In this document: positions 39,170 through 53,256 of the stretch, piece by piece
Numbering within the stretch: the stretch's first letter is position 1
Layout: each line of letters opens with the position of its first letter
Position numbers and translations under genes: made by a program
The notes under the pieces: generated by a model
Database searches by the model: none
What the model was told of the DNA's origin: nothing
What the model saw: the letters and a program-made list of their open reading frames with translations, nothing else
Source: Phoronis australis
Lineage: Eukaryota > Animalia > Phoronida
DNA length: 64,000 bases
NCBI GenBank assembly: GCA_002633005.1
Contig: NMRA01000385.1
Span: 65,839 to 129,838 of the forward strand
Direction: 5' to 3'

Positions 39170-41325
39170 TCAATGTGCCTAAACTCTCAGTTAACGGACT
39201 CTCAAACACAATGTCGGATGCAAAAACACGACTCACATACATAGGATCGGACACGAAAAGCACGATCCATTCACCCAAAATTCACGGGTTATGGACTCAC
39301 ATTCACGGAGAAACACGGTACAGTCGGACTGCCAAACATGGTTTACGGATAAAATGTAGAAGCCTGATTCGACAGCTGCTTGTTTAATGGGTGCGAGACT
39401 ATATATATTTTTGATCATATATTTGCCTGTAATATGATGACAGTAATTGTTGTGAATTAGAAACATTAAAGGAGAATGCCACCCAATTTAATTAGTCTTT
39501 TTTACCATCTTAATTTGTCTATATCCACATCGCCTCACATATGGTCGACCTCACCTTGCCGAGAGGTGCCGCGTTAACCTGTAAGGAAGGTGAGAAGTGA
39601 CGCAGTGTATTCTGGTTCAAAGTGATAGCTTGTGAAACCTAACGATCCACCAGTCCTGTGAAGTCTTCGTCAGACAAGCTCTCGTTTAAGTCGGGTTTGT
39701 GAGTTGCCATGTTGATGTTTATTATTCAGCGTTCCGTTTCAAAATGAATTCTCATTCTAACCAATGCTTATATCAAACTGAAAGATAGTCTGTCTCATTA
39801 GACACAATTTGTAATGCCTTTGGAGTATTCGTGCGTGCGAATGTTGTGAGAAGCCAGCAATGAATAATTCACTGTGCTACTGGCTTTAGATCAAGTGCAA
39901 TAAAGGTAATTGACCGGGCACCGAGGCCATGTGAGTGCATGCTAATTCAGTGTTCGATGACAGAAAGCTGTTGCAAAACAATAACTTGATTTTAGATGAT
40001 ATGGTCACATGTTAAGGAAATCCTTATTTAGATGATTCAAATCTTGTTACTATACAACTTTTGCCCTGACGGTTCTTTGGAAGGGAAACCTGAGTTCGCG
40101 GTCCCCAACAAGTACGCAGATTTTCATTTTCGTGGCCAATTCACCAAAACAATTACGTGCACATTATTTCTTTGGCTCACTATTATAGTCTTTTCATGAC
40201 TGGAGATTTAGTTTCCAACTTAAGCTGGCTTGTTTTCGTGATGTCCAGTCCCAGTGGCCACGACGGCCTGATTGAGTTCCGAGCCACTGGCTGGGATAAC
40301 AAGCGTTTTGTGTGTTAAAACTGAAAAAATCGGAAGTCTAAAAGTACAACACACAGCTATGTTTTCCTGTCTGTATTTGACAGAAGAATGATTTGAATTT
40401 TTGACAAAACAGACCCAAACTCCCGTGATCAACAATGGTAAATTGGCCTACTGAACTCTGTAGGCTACTGTACATTCAAATATCTATAAATCCATAACAG
40501 TGAAATAAAACAACACATTTGTTCAAGAACTCGATGTAATATGTACAGGTTTTACATCGAATTTTGATGATTTATTGGTGTAAAACGATGAATTCAAGTG
40601 ATAAGTTGACACCAGTAAGCGTGTTGGGAACGGCTGAACAGACTGCATTCGAACCTGTTACGTCATTGGTTAATTTCAACACCTCCATCTGCTGTCAGGT
40701 AAAACAACTGAACATGCTGTTATCGATTGCAACTACTTGATCTAAATTAATGCAAAGTAGGTTGTTTTTTGGGTGTCATTCTCCTTTAAACATTATATTT
40801 AAACTGCTTTCATTGGCGTCCCTGGCAAACCAGTAGTTTGTAACATCAATTCTCAAGACGGTGATATTGATGTTTGTGACCTGTTTACTTTTAAGTTGAT
40901 GTACAGTAAAAGAAAAGCATTTGAAACAGATTATAGCATGACTTGAAATAATTGTCTCTTGGGAAAGTTAGCTCATATTATGTGTTTTTTCTGGGCAAAG
41001 GTGTTGCCAAATACGTGAAGGTTGATCAATTCCCTTTCTGCATAGTAATAATCACTATTTTGCCCTATTTACCCGACAAGCCGGTGAGTCCGTGCCCGTG
41101 TATTCAGCATGCTTTATTGGTCAAGAGTGAGCTATGTTTGGCTGTCAGTATACCGTGTTTCTACTTCAATGTAAATCTGCGACCCATGGATTTTGGATGA
41201 ATGGATCGTGTTTTGTGAGTCTGATCCCGTGTTTGTGAGTCAGTTAATGGTGTTTGCAGGTACTTGAGTTGATTTTTGTGTCTGCATTGTGTTTACGAGT
41301 GCGTAAACCATTTAGTTAAGGTACC
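39170..41325. mobile_element. Long-TIR/foldback host element containing the nested Kolobok copy 2
   Basis: 39200-39345 is the approximate reverse complement of 41130-41300. Confidence 0.55.
39470..40785 (-). mobile_element. Kolobok-like element, copy 2 (inverted relative to copy 1)
   Basis: TTAA|aggagaatgccaccc...gggtgtcattctcct|TTAA; colinear reverse complement of 17659-19285. Confidence 0.75.
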
Positions 41326-41883
41326 TTGTAATTGATCGGAGTGTGGCTGACATTTATTTTTGGATACATGTAGATACTGCTATAGTTTGTTTTTGCACCT
41401 GTATCAATGTCTTCCAAATTTGGCAAAAGATTTCTATGGAAGTTGACACCTATGCTTCTAATGAGATAACCTAGGCTCCTGGAGATAGATAATCGGACGA
41501 ATCCAACTTCTGCAATGTCCCCTAGAGGCTCTTTTATTTTTCTGCTCTTGTCTCAAATTCTTTAAAAAATCATGATTGTGATTTTCTCCATTGCTGTCTG
41601 AGGTAATATTGATAATCCTCTTGAAGAAGTTTTTTCAATTCTCATTCTGTCGTCAAGTTAACTAATCTGTTGTGCAGGGGGATACTCCATTCATGTGAGA
41701 AGTCCAACTTTGGGAAATGCCTTTGTCAACTTAAGCTCATTTTGCACTGCAGCATTTGTGATGTGTGTATTCCATGTACTACTACACAGTTATATGGCGT
41801 ATGTTTGCCACTGGTTCTCATTTCTAGTCATGAAAACTTCCTGATTGAGATTGACTTTTGAGACATACAATTTCGATTTTCAG

Positions 41884-42154
41884 GTTTCAGCGACCCAGAG
41901 TCCAACATCACAAAGTATGATCTTGATGTCTTTGTGAATGGTGTGCTTCTGGAGGCCTTCCCCGGTAGGCCAAACACAGAGCGACGGTTTGAGGAACACC
42001 ATTTTTCTCTAAAGAATTCTGACCAGGTCACAGTTAAGGTGACAGCTGAAAATGGTGCTAGAGCAACCACTACCGCTGTCTCTAATGGTTACAGAATTGA
42101 CTTAACCCCACCTACTCTCGTTAGTATCACGGACACTGACAACCCTGGTGGCAG
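41884..42154 (+). CDS. exon, FN3-like (FSDPESNI...IDLTPP)
   Basis: tttcag|, |gtaaaa. Confidence 0.9.
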
Positions 42155-43123
42155 GTAAAAAATATTGAAGGTTGTTGCATTCTGACTGTCGAAATCATGT
42201 TGTGTGGTTTATTGTACATTGGTAAATGTTAATGATCTTATCAGTAATGCACTACTTTAAATGTGCTGTGTTAATTTGGCTTGATCCAGCTGTGTTGTGT
42301 AAAGTCTATCTTGCAAGTATAATGCTTGTGATCTTACTGAATGTATGAAAACCAATGGCTGCAGTTTAAAGCTGCATACTGAAACTGCTCTCAGACAGGA
42401 ATAATTTATTGCCCTATACCAGGCTCAACACATTTTCTCTCATGGCAGGTCATTCATTTTATGCACTGAGCATTGTCTCAAACATTATTGAACTGGCAGC
42501 TTAGCAATTCTTTCCAATCCCAGGAACTGTTTCTCATTTGAGTGTAAGGAACAAGTTGAGGCCCGCTTTATAGCAGAAAGTGCTGCAGATCAAAATAGTT
42601 TCTTTCATGTGTCGCAGGTTTGTAGTTATTTTCAAGCGAGAATGAACAGCTTATCTGAGCACTGGTGATTTAGGGTTAACAGGTGTTATGCAGATGCTCA
42701 CAATTATTTCTCACTGTCAATTTTTCTAACGGAAAGACATCATTGAATTGATCTCTTTACAAATCTGCTGAGGAACAAATATCTATTTTTTAAAGATAGT
42801 GTATCTAAAGCTGTGTTACGTCTATGATAAGCCCACTTTTGATTTAGATCACTGACCACTATGAATTTGATTTCAATTGAGTGTTCCACATTGTTACTTT
42901 CTTAGGTGAGTGGTCAGGTGATTTCTGGGTTAGCACAGAATTATTGAGACCGTACCATAGACATCTTAACCCTTATCCTGCTAAGCCTCTATTCAGACAA
43001 CTTTCCCTGTGCACTGAGCTAAGTAGGTCACCACTGCTGCGCGCACTGGGCTGTTATGAAGGTCACTCAGATTAATGACNAGTGCAGTTACTTGTATTAA
43101 CCAAAAGATTTCTCTTGATACAG

Positions 43124-43238
43124 TTATCAGAAGTACGATGACAGACTTTTGCTCTCATGGGAGTATGTGGATGTGGAATCAGGAATTGCAGAGTACAGAT
43201 ACAGTGTGTCACAGCTGTTCAATGGCGTCACTGAACAG
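43124..43238 (+). CDS. exon (YQKYDD...WEYVDVESGIAEY)
   Basis: atacag|, |gtactg. Confidence 0.85.
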
Positions 43239-43665
43239 GTACTGAGATGCTCTGTATGCAGTCATGAGTAGGGTTATTTTTCTTACGGTATATGCATTTT
43301 GTACCATCTATGCTTTAAAATTTCTGGTATCAAATGTGATGGCTATAAAACAGTGAGTTGATATCTTTAAAGTTTTTATCTCAAAGGGTTAAATCTAGTT
43401 GAAAAAATGTACCAAATTAAATAATGTTTTCCTCTTTTCTGTTATCAAACTAAACACCTTTTTGAGCACAATTTTATACCTTGGCTGAGATGAGAAATTC
43501 CCATCTATTTCTGTGACCTGAGTTAAGGAACTATGCCTGTAGCATCCCATTTTGTCTTGACAAGGGGTTTTCTCCCTGTTTTTGGTATGAAGAGCGTTTC
43601 TGGGCGATGACGTTTTAGGAAATCACCCCTGCTTGATTCTTTCTAAGGCAAGTAAATGATTTTAG

Positions 43666-43857
43666 GTTTATCCGTTGGTTGGTACTTATGCCAATGAACC
43701 TGTTGGCAATGGATTCATCAGGAAGAACCTGACTATGGCCTTGACTAATGGCGCACAGTACTGCTTCAAGGTGATTGCGATCAACGCAGCACGTTTGTTC
43801 ACCCAACATACTTCACCATGCGTGGTCATTGACGTCACTCCGCCTTCAATGAGAAAG
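43666..43857 (+). CDS. exon (YCFKVIAINAA...IDVTPP)
   Basis: ttttag|, |gtaagg. Confidence 0.85.
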
Positions 43858-44017
43858 GTAAGGTTTTGTTACTGTGGGGGCGCGACCCTATCTACTGTGT
43901 CAGTGAGTTAGCCACAGGTAATCTGACATAGTGTGTATCAGTAAAGAAGAGTTTGTGGTTAATTAAAGGCATTCAACATGACTTCTTTTTATGCGTGTTT
44001 GAATTGCAATATCACAG

Positions 44018-44254
44018 GTGCACGTGGGATTACTGGAGGAAGATGAAGAGCTTGATCCCACGGATCCAAGCAACCCAACAGTTCTACACATCGGCTCTGA
44101 GGGACTCAATGCCTACTGGAGAGGGTTTGACTTCCAGAGTGGTATCTCCAAGTACTTTGTGGCGATTGGGACGACCTCTGGTGGCGATCAAGTAGTAGCC
44201 TGGAAAGACATGGGAATGGAGAACACAGGACTGTTTGCTGATCTGGGATTGCAG
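44018..44254 (+). CDS. exon (WRGFDFQSGISKYFVAIGT)
   Basis: tcacag|, |gtaaac. Confidence 0.9.
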
Positions 44255-46986
44255 GTAAACTGGGCTTTGATTTTTGTGTCCTTGTGAAAAAATCAGTAAC
44301 TCATGTGGCCGTGGATTATGTCATTTATTTAATTTTGTTTGTTCAAACAATACTGATGCAATTAGTTCTGTTGCACAATATGGGTAGATACTTATTGGAT
44401 GAATCAAGAAAAATGATCTATCCCAAATTGGTTAGATAAACAAAGTTATTTACTGGTTGAATTATATGATACAAGAAAGTTGACAAATGTTTGTCAAAGT
44501 CATCCACTTACAAGGTATTTTCATTTAATTAATGGATGATTCCGTGAAGGACATCAGAGTCAAGAGGGTTATCATTCAAACTCATTGTTTTTGACTATCA
44601 CAATTCGTAATGAATAAAATATTTAAGTCCGAAAATACGGCATTCTTTCTGGATTGTAGAATTTGCCAAATCCGGTTGAATAACTCAGTTTATAGATCAG
44701 ATTCCTGTGTTTAGTGCTGACTTATCAGGCCTATATTAAGAATTGGGGGTGCACAAACCAAATTGACGTTATCCAACCTTTGCCCCCTCCTCCTATGCTG
44801 TAACTTCCACCACCTCCCATTCTTTGGAAGCCGCCCTTTTTGTACACACATGCCCGCCATAGGTGGATGATAAACTCCAGGTAGCTAGCCAACCATAAGA
44901 ACTTGCAACAAAATTTCACGGATAGTGAGAACGAGGCTTATGGGCTGGGAGCTGGACTGTCTGCCTCAGGTGCAGTATAGCTATAAGCTGACAACTCATG
45001 CTAACTGAAGGTATTAAAATGTGGATTAGATGAACCAGGTAACCCATTGAACAGCTCGAACATGATTAAATTGAACAGGCCACTCACCTGGTACCTATTC
45101 GTCCACTTAGGCATTAAGGTCAGGATTCATTTTACTATCAATGGTTCAGTTAGTTTTAGAAAAGTTGCTTTTATTGGGGTCATGCTTTGAATGTATGTTT
45201 TGAAAAGGTATGGGCCCGGGTCCGTGGTACACTGCCTTGGGGCTGTTTCAAAATTCCTTATTAAAACACTGTTTCTGGTGGTTGAGGACAAATGATAAAT
45301 AGGGTGTACCAAAATGTGCTCATGCTTCACTACAAAGCCAAGAGTTCTAATTCAGTTCATGTGGATTGGATTCTGTGACCAGGCCTGCTGTATGGTTTCA
45401 TCTTGTTTTCATAGTAGGTACGTGAACCATCACATGCTCTGAATATACATGGGACAGGCAAACAAATGACTCAGTTTCAGAACAAAAATTTATTGCTCAA
45501 TGCTGCTGGAAAACTAAAAAAAAACATCAAAGAATTGCAAAGATATTCAATCATCCCCAAGTTAAGGAGCAGTGCATATAGTTCTTGTTCTTCTGTGAAT
45601 TTAAACCACTGATCTTGTTGGTGAATCAATGAAGAATGCTTTTATTGACATTTGAATTGTAAGTGCATTTTTGGGACATCCTGTTGAACTGTTCAAATTT
45701 CATCAATACCTCTATTTCAGATACATAAAAATCGTCGCTATTTGGGTTTAGGAACTTAGGTAGATTTTCTAATCTTCAGCTTGCAACTAAATTCAACGAA
45801 GCATCATCAATTCTTACAAGATTAGCTTCTAAGTGTCAAAAAGACATCTGTGAATCAGTCAAATTTCTATGATACATCAACATGACTTTTGTATACATAG
45901 TCAGAACCAACAAAGTCGATGCTTATCAAAACAGAACATTATCAGCAATTCCTAAAGGCCTGTTTGCGAGGGCAATCGGGAGAACATGGGAGATGGGTCA
46001 GCCGGGGAAAAAGAGAGACAGGGTATCTTACAAAATTTCCCTAATTTGTTTGTGTTAACGTGGATTTTGGTTCATTCAAGAGTTAGCTATTATCAATGGT
46101 TTATGAAAATCTCTGAAATCTTTGTTTATCAATGGTAGAACATGTACAGTACTTTGACTACAGTAATCTGTTATACATAACTCTTTATACACAGTAGTAA
46201 AACATCGTACCCTGATCGTCTGTTCAACTTGTGCTAGTTGGTTACAAAAAACTCTTAGTGATGATCCATACTATTCTTATGTTACTTTGGGAAAGAGTAT
46301 CGACATTTTATAGTTGTACAACCTCAGAAATATTAATCCCTTTGTATAATTCACGGAACAGTGGCCTTCAAGTTCTTCAAACTTCCATCCCTTCAATACA
46401 ATAACTTTTGGTTATTTGCGCTGAATGTCATGATACTGCTGTGCTTTGCGTGTACTAGAAATCTTTTTTAACCTTGTGAATTGTTGACAGTGCCCGGAAA
46501 GGCAGAGCTAGGGGCAATTGCTTTGGTCCGCCTTTCTGAGAGAGGACCCGTTATTGTGAAAGGATAGATAACCTGTATCATTAAAATATGTGTGACCTTC
46601 CAACAAGTGACTTTTCATAACCTGAAAGTTTGTATGATTTTAATAAAACAGTAACATGGAAACATAATGGTTTCCATTATTGGGACATGTCTCTCTGAGG
46701 GATGCTGCTTAAGAAGTTATCAATAAGAAAAATATGCGTAGGATGGCTACATGGATGCATTGGGTACCCTTCAAGGGCTGGGCCCGTAAACATGAAAGGA
46801 AACCAGAAATGAGCAGCAGCTGATGCTATTCGTCAGGTTCACAAGTTTTTATCAAGTGACTGAGTTTTGAGGAGAAACAAAACAGATGGTGACTCCATTA
46901 TCTCTTGCCAGAGAGTTCCTGGCGAACTACACTTGTCTGATTCATTCTTTTAAAAGAGGTTATTTAATGAGATTGTGATCTTCCAG

Positions 46987-47215
46987 CCGTTCAGCAGCAG
47001 TAGCCTCTACTACTACATCAGTGTAAAGTGTGTGAACGGAGCTGGTGATGAATCCAGCGTGATGACATCCAATAGGATCAAAGTATTGGCTGGCAACGAG
47101 CCTGGCGTGGTGTTTGACGGACGTGTCAAATATGATGACGCCAGCTGGCAGGATGATGTCACTTCAGTCGCGATGTCCTTCAAGGGATTCAAGTCTGAAG
47201 CTTGCGGTATCATTG
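46987..47215 (+). CDS. exon (YYISVKCVNGAG...PGVVFDG)
   Basis: ttccag|, |gtaaga. Confidence 0.9.
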
Positions 47216-47521
47216 GTAAGATCAAGTGGTTGAAATGAACTTGCAAGGATACCATTTCCAAAGTTATTTTACTTAAACATTTCTGAATGTCTTATCTCAG
47301 TCTACTTGTATGTCCGTTTGAAACCAGTCCTTGGAACTATTTATTTTGTATTCATGCCTTGAATTTCTTGCCAATAGCTACATGTCATTTGTTTGCAGTC
47401 TACTAGTGAAGTTGAACCATATTTTGTCTTAAAACCTTGTTTTAGTTGTTTTTCCTAATTATGTTATCTTTTTGATCAACCTATAATTAATTATTGCTGG
47501 ATGTCTGTGTCTTCATTTTAG

Positions 47522-47649
47522 GTTATGACTGGGGTATTGGTAGTCAGCCGGGCTACACAGACCTTCAGCCATTCATGATGGAGGGTATTGTGATGGAGAC
47601 TAACAACACGGGCTATGCACAGGCTAATCTTCACCTGACCAAGGAAAAG
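47522..47649 (+). CDS. exon (YDWGIGSQPGYTD...)
   Basis: ttttag|, |gtatta. Confidence 0.85.
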
Positions 47650-48508
47650 GTATTACCTGCTGATTTGTTGTAGCGTTAGAATTTCACCAATAAATTCATG
47701 TGCAGAATAACTGAAATATTTTCTCATTTTGCATGAAAGTTACAGTGACTGTCATGGAAAAAGTTTAATCTGCTCTTTTTTTGTCTCCTGAATTAGACTT
47801 CAACAATGTTGTGTGGTATGAATATCACTTATTGTAGGAATTCATGATTGTACGAGGAGCAGTTTCCATTGAATTTCAGCAGTAACACACCAACATATTT
47901 GCGCTACGCTTTGTTTTACCATATGTCCTCAGAACCTTGTACGAACGTGGCCTGAGATACTTACAGACATCTGTTGACATGAAAATTACTCTGTTCTATA
48001 ACGCTCATGTGCACATTTAAATCCTTGTGCTTTTATTTGAAATAATGAATTTTCACAAAGCTTGATTTTTGTTCATGCATTTTGCATGCAGTTGCATGCA
48101 CCTAAGCTTCACAGAAAAACATGGTATCATGTAAATGTGCATGTCAGTTCTAGGCAGAGACAATTTTGGCGCGTAGATGTGCATATCACTTGTAAGCATA
48201 GAAACCTTAGTAATATTTAGATGTGCGTATCAGATGTAGGTACAGACAATCTTGGAATTTAGGTTGTGCATTTCTTAAGTGGGTGGTTTTGTGTTATTAT
48301 CATTTTTCCTTTCTGAGTGCTAAAATTAGATCTAGTTAAAAATGTTAATTGAAAAAATGTGAAGATCTACCATTTTGTAAACTATTACAAGTCTAGCTGC
48401 ACTCACATGCTATTTAAAAATTTGCTGCTCGGCTTCACTGTAGTGACTCGCACATATTAGCATACATTAAAATGTAGGTACAGCTTCAAATATAGGAGCA
48501 TGTCATTA

Positions 48509-48617
48509 GGTAATGGCCACTTAAATGGGTCCTACATTTTGAGAACCTGTTTTCTTCTATAAATAACAGGTATCAAAGTGGTTCTCAAAATATGGGACCC
48601 TATAAGTGATTATTGCC
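48509..48617. mobile_element. ~110-bp palindromic MITE (family of 6157-6265)
   Basis: Same cattttgagaacc/ggttctcaaaat arms. Confidence 0.6.
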
Positions 48618-48730
48618 AGAACCTACATCAACATGCGCATGTGAGGTACACTTCATGTAGTCAAATATAATTGCGCCAGTTTGTCAACATTCATAAAAGT
48701 ATAGAACACTCATAGTGTTATTTTTGACAG

Positions 48731-48941
48731 GCATTTGTGACTGTGCGAGCCATCACGGGTCATAACTGTCATGAAGACATCGTTGTGTCCGAGTCTGACG
48801 GATTCCAGCTGGATTCTACACCACCCACTTTGGAACTGAAGGAGTTTGGTACAGTGGTTGACCTAAACGACCCTCATCGTGTAATCTATGAGTCCAAGGA
48901 AGCAGACATGTTGAGTTTCCAGTGGAACAGCACGGATTATG
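48731..48941 (+). CDS. exon (AFVTVRA...SDGFQLDSTPP)
   Basis: tgacag|, |gtaggt. Confidence 0.85.
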
Positions 48942-49028
48942 GTAGGTTTAACTTCAATTTAATTTTTATTAGTGCCCACAGACAATCGTTAGGGTGCACA
49001 CTATTTTGACCAATTCCATAGCTATAAT

Positions 49029-49165
49029 CATGGGCGGCGCACCATAGGGTCTGGGGGCTATAGCCCGCCACTTTTTTCAGTGCTGCGCCACCCACGGTCT
49101 AAGGGCAGTGCACCACAGGGGGCTGGAGCTATAGCCCCACTTTTTTCAGTGCTGCTCTGCCCATG
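49029..49165. mobile_element. Dimeric catggg...cccatg MITE with 5-bp TSD (ataat)
   Basis: Two tandem units; ataat flanks both ends. Confidence 0.6.
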
Positions 49166-49535
49166 ATAATAACTTGTCTCTGTTTGTGAAATTAGTTCAC
49201 TATGCATGAACTTATTTGATGTCTGCTTTAATTTGTACTAACTTGAACTTCGCATTGAAAATCGTGCTTTGCATTGCTGAATATGATTTCCACGTAGCAA
49301 CGTTATTCTTCTTCACAACAGTGAAAAGGGTGATTAAAAGCACTTACAGGTCCGTTACTCTTAATTGCAAACAATCTCACTGTGGATAGAGGGAAGTTCT
49401 TTTCTCATGCAACTGGTTTCAATGAATTAGTGTTTGATCATTGCCATATTGCGTTTCAAACTCAAGAACTTTAAAGTTAAACTACAATTTTGTTTCATGT
49501 TTCATTTCTAACTATTTTCATTGATATTTCAACAG

Positions 49536-49663
49536 GAATTGAAAACAAAACTATGTACTACCGTGTGGGGAGTCTACCTGGGACAGGAGACCTCCAAGAC
49601 TGGAAAGCCACAACTGAGTACCATATGCCGTTGGGCACGGTTAAACTAACCCAAGGACAACTG
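49536..49663 (+). CDS. exon (YYRVGSLPGTGD...)
   Basis: caacag|, |gtaaga. Confidence 0.85.
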
Positions 49664-50622
49664 GTAAGAACCATGCTAATCTAGAACTGAATTTTGATGG
49701 TTGATTTAAGGTATACTTCTCTATGAAAAAATAGTTAATCATTCCAATCTTTAGTTGTTACAGCTAAAGGCAAACAAGTGTTTAAAATACACCCACTGCT
49801 ACAGATCGGTTGGCATTTTTATAATATATAATGCCCCATGTGGTGTTATTTTGCAGGTGATGTTCAAACTGATCAAAAATGAGACAATTTGAGGCCTAGA
49901 AGAAAACACTGTAAATTTTTTAGTGCTAATTTTAAATTTCTCAATGACAAACCTTGAACAATAGCTCTACTCAGCAGCAAACTGCTGATGTTGCTCTTCA
50001 AAAGTTTGCCCAAACATCAGGTTTTCTTCCTTTTCCTAAGGTTGATTAATTCCTTATGCACAAATCCCAGTAAATGCATTGTGTGATATACAAAAAATTA
50101 GATACACACATCAACAAAAACAAGAGTGCTGCATGGGTACCACGTCTGGTCAAAAATGACTTTCCTATCTAGTTATCTGAAACAAAGTAATGCTTTTTAA
50201 CCCTCCATAAGCCTCAAAAATTTGGAGCAAGATTTGAAATCAATCTCTTTTCAAAGTCTGCTAGACGGGCAAGCATGATACCTACGCTTTAGGCAAGTTA
50301 CACAACTCTTGAAAGACCATGCACTGACCAAGAATAACAAATATCCAGTTTGTGACAGAAAGTGATTCTCTATTTCTGCTTTTATTGTTCAAGTGCTATT
50401 CCAATGCTGCATTAGCACATGACAAATGGAGGACTGGTTGAAATCTCCAAATAGGATTTAGTTTCCATTTAATAAAGAATTCGTCCCGTTTCAAGGTTAA
50501 CCGAATTTTACATTTTCCTAGGGTTTCTAATTACTGAAGCATCTGAGCAGAGTCTTGTAGGTCATGTTCTGCGCAACCAATTGTGTAGTGAAGCACGTTC
50601 TTCAACTCTCACTTGCCCATAG

Positions 50623-50809
50623 GTGTTTGGTGAACTCCGCTCTGTGGATCAGCTCGGCAATAGTGTCAGGAAATTAACACCAGGTGTCACTGTGGATGTG
50701 ACGCCTCCATACGTGGAGAACTATCGCTGCCATCCTTATGTGTCGACTACAAATCTCGGATTTGATTGCAGCTGGAATATCGCTAGTGACAATGAGAGCT
50801 CTGTTACTT
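50623..50809 (+). CDS. exon (GVTVDVTPP...CSW...DNESS)
   Basis: ccatag|, |gtgagt. Confidence 0.85.
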
Positions 50810-51554
50810 GTGAGTTGATGTAGCAAGATATTTTCCCATTCTAAGGAGAAAACTAATTTTATTAAGCACGCAACTGATTCAGCATTCAAGAATTGGTTAT
50901 CATTATGGAGTTTTCCTGTTACTGCCAACTTGTTCAATTCTATAGCCCAACAACAAGTAGGGAAAAACACCCCTGTAGCCAATATCTTACAAGACTGATT
51001 AACTCCATTCTGGCATTCATGGTTGCAGGGCCAGCTTTATTTTGTTCAATAATTGCTCTAATCTCCAGTAATATCATATTCTAGCCTGACTGGGTTGTGC
51101 TGTTAAAAATAAAGGTTAAGTTATAACATATTTGAACATAAACCAATAGCATTTCTGAAATCCTCGTCAAATGGTGATCATGTTTAGTTTTTGAATTGCC
51201 AAAATCGCCCATCTACAACCGATGTTACGACAATCTATTATCGAATGTACCAATTCACTCTGGATTTGACTGTGTTCACATCTGGTCTGTAATAAGCTTG
51301 GTAGATAATTGGCCTGCCTGTTGTCATATCAGACAAAACACGATGCTTGGCAGTTAACAAAGAAGCTAGATGTTATCACATGCTCACAACCCTCTACGTC
51401 TGGTTATAAGTCACTGAACGGAAAAACACCGTCCTATATGCTCATTGCCAATTAAACTTTCCTAATTTCTTGTCAGTTAGCAGTGTGCTCCACAGAGGAG
51501 GTTTGTAAGATTTCTTAATCAGTGCATAATTAAATGTAAACTTTCTTTCTTCAG

Positions 51555-51775
51555 ACATGGCCATTGCCGTTGGCACGTCTCACAACAGTACAGACATGAT
51601 AGATTGGTATGAACTGCCTCCTTACCGACAAATGTGGAAATACCATTTCTTGGAGAAAAATTTGACCACGGGAGTTACGTACTTTGCCACTCTTCATGTG
51701 AAAAACCTCGTGGGCCATGACATCTCCGTTTCTGATGAGGTTGTCTACATCATTGATCCACCAACTGCTACAGAG
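51555..51775 (+). CDS. exon (MAIAVGT...YFATLHVKN...IDPP)
   Basis: cttcag|, |gtaatt. Confidence 0.85.
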
Positions 51776-52599
51776 GTAATTGGTTTTGGCAAGTGTTTTT
51801 GAAATTTAGATTCACCTGTTTCACATGACAAATATGAATGTGAGAGGTAGATAATGAAAATCGTGTAGTTCAGTTAATATATAACTCCAGAATTATGCCA
51901 AAATTCTGCTTTCTTCAGAACATGATAACTCAGGAATGATTGATACTTGTACATTCAAATAAATGTTTCGAATACTTGAAATATTTGCACTGTACTCAAA
52001 ATGATTTGGGACTAATTTTTCATATTGTACGATTTGAAATTGAAGATTTTGTTGATTTTGTTATCTGTCATGTTGCATTGCATTAGGCAACTGCTGATGC
52101 TAACAGGATTTGTATGCAGGTGGATGAGAAGGCATGCACTGTATTTATCCCAGAGTATCCAGCAAATTCCTCTGCAAATCAAAGGCTTGATGACGCTGTC
52201 ATGGACTAAAGTGAGCTAGTCACTGTTCATGGAATGAGTATTGGATGAGATATAGTTGCGTTGATAAACCAACACACCTGTTTAACGTACGAGTTGTGAA
52301 TCCATTAGCACTGGTTGGTCACAGTCTGGCTCAAGCTTGTTTAGACGATGGGGTAACAAAACCCCAATTGTTTGCGTAAGAGTTGCATCATGAACAGCTT
52401 TTGTGTGCCACACCCAAAAAAGTGACTGTCAAAACTGATAACCATTTGAATTTCTGTTGATGGGTTAATATTCGTCTGCTACAGGCTCCATTCGTGAACC
52501 GTCCGTTTTCATATTGTTACAGATCAGAATAGAGACTGTCAGTATTCTCAAAATCCTAGATTTGTGCTGTGACAGTTATATAGTCCCTCTGGTATATTT

Positions 52600-53165
52600 A
52601 CAAACTCCATCCACATTACCGCAGGTATAGGTTAATATAGTTACTCCTAATTATTTCCACTGCTCCAGTTTTAATGTAGTGATTCTGTCCTTACTCCGAA
52701 CATCACAGGTAAAAATACTGACTCTATCCACATTCCCACTATCACAGGTTAAAATTAGTATCTCCACATTCCCACTGTTATAAGTTAAAATCATGACTCT
52801 AACCATATTTCCAACGTTACAGGTTAAAATCATCACTCTATCCCTACTTCCACTGTTACAGGTTAAAATTTAAGGTTCCCACATTTCCACTTTCTGATAC
52901 AGGTTAAAATCATGACTCCACATTTCCAATTTACAAGTCAAAATCACGACTCTATCTATACTTATACCACTGACTGTTACTGGTTAAAATTTATGATCAC
53001 ATTTCCACTGTTAAAGGTTAAAATCTTGACTATGTCCACACTTCCACTGTTACAGGTTAAAATCTTGACTCTATACTACCACTGCTACAGAGGTTAAAAT
53101 CATAACTTTATCCATTTTCTCACTGTTACAGGTTAAAATAGTTACTCCGTCTATTTTCCCACTGT
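52600..53165. repeat. ~35-40-bp minisatellite (ccacattcccactgttacaggttaaaat...)
   Basis: More than 10 degenerate tandem units. Confidence 0.85.
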
Positions 53166-53182
53166 CACCCAACCCTGCTCAG

Positions 53183-53256
53183 GTTGTCTGCCAGATTTCT
53201 CAGAGGTTTGTTGATGTCGAGTGGCAGCCATTTACTGACAGCACACCGTTGGACAG
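53183..53256 (+). CDS. small exon (VVCQISQRFVDVEWQPFTD)
   Basis: gctcag|, |gtttgt; WxxFxD motif; phase-compatible with neighbours. Confidence 0.75.

Noticed and set aside
43080-43080. Second 'n' as a site of missing exons
   Set aside because: Flanking exons 42154 and 43124 are phase-compatible and the protein repeat reads continuously
52120-52210. Candidate exon (tgcag|gtggat...aaa|gtgagc)
   Set aside because: In-frame TAA just before the donor in the required phase
52523-52624. Candidate phase 0-0 exon (IRIETVSILK...)
   Set aside because: Donor lies in a minisatellite unit and the peptide does not resemble the repeat consensus; unresolved without RNA data
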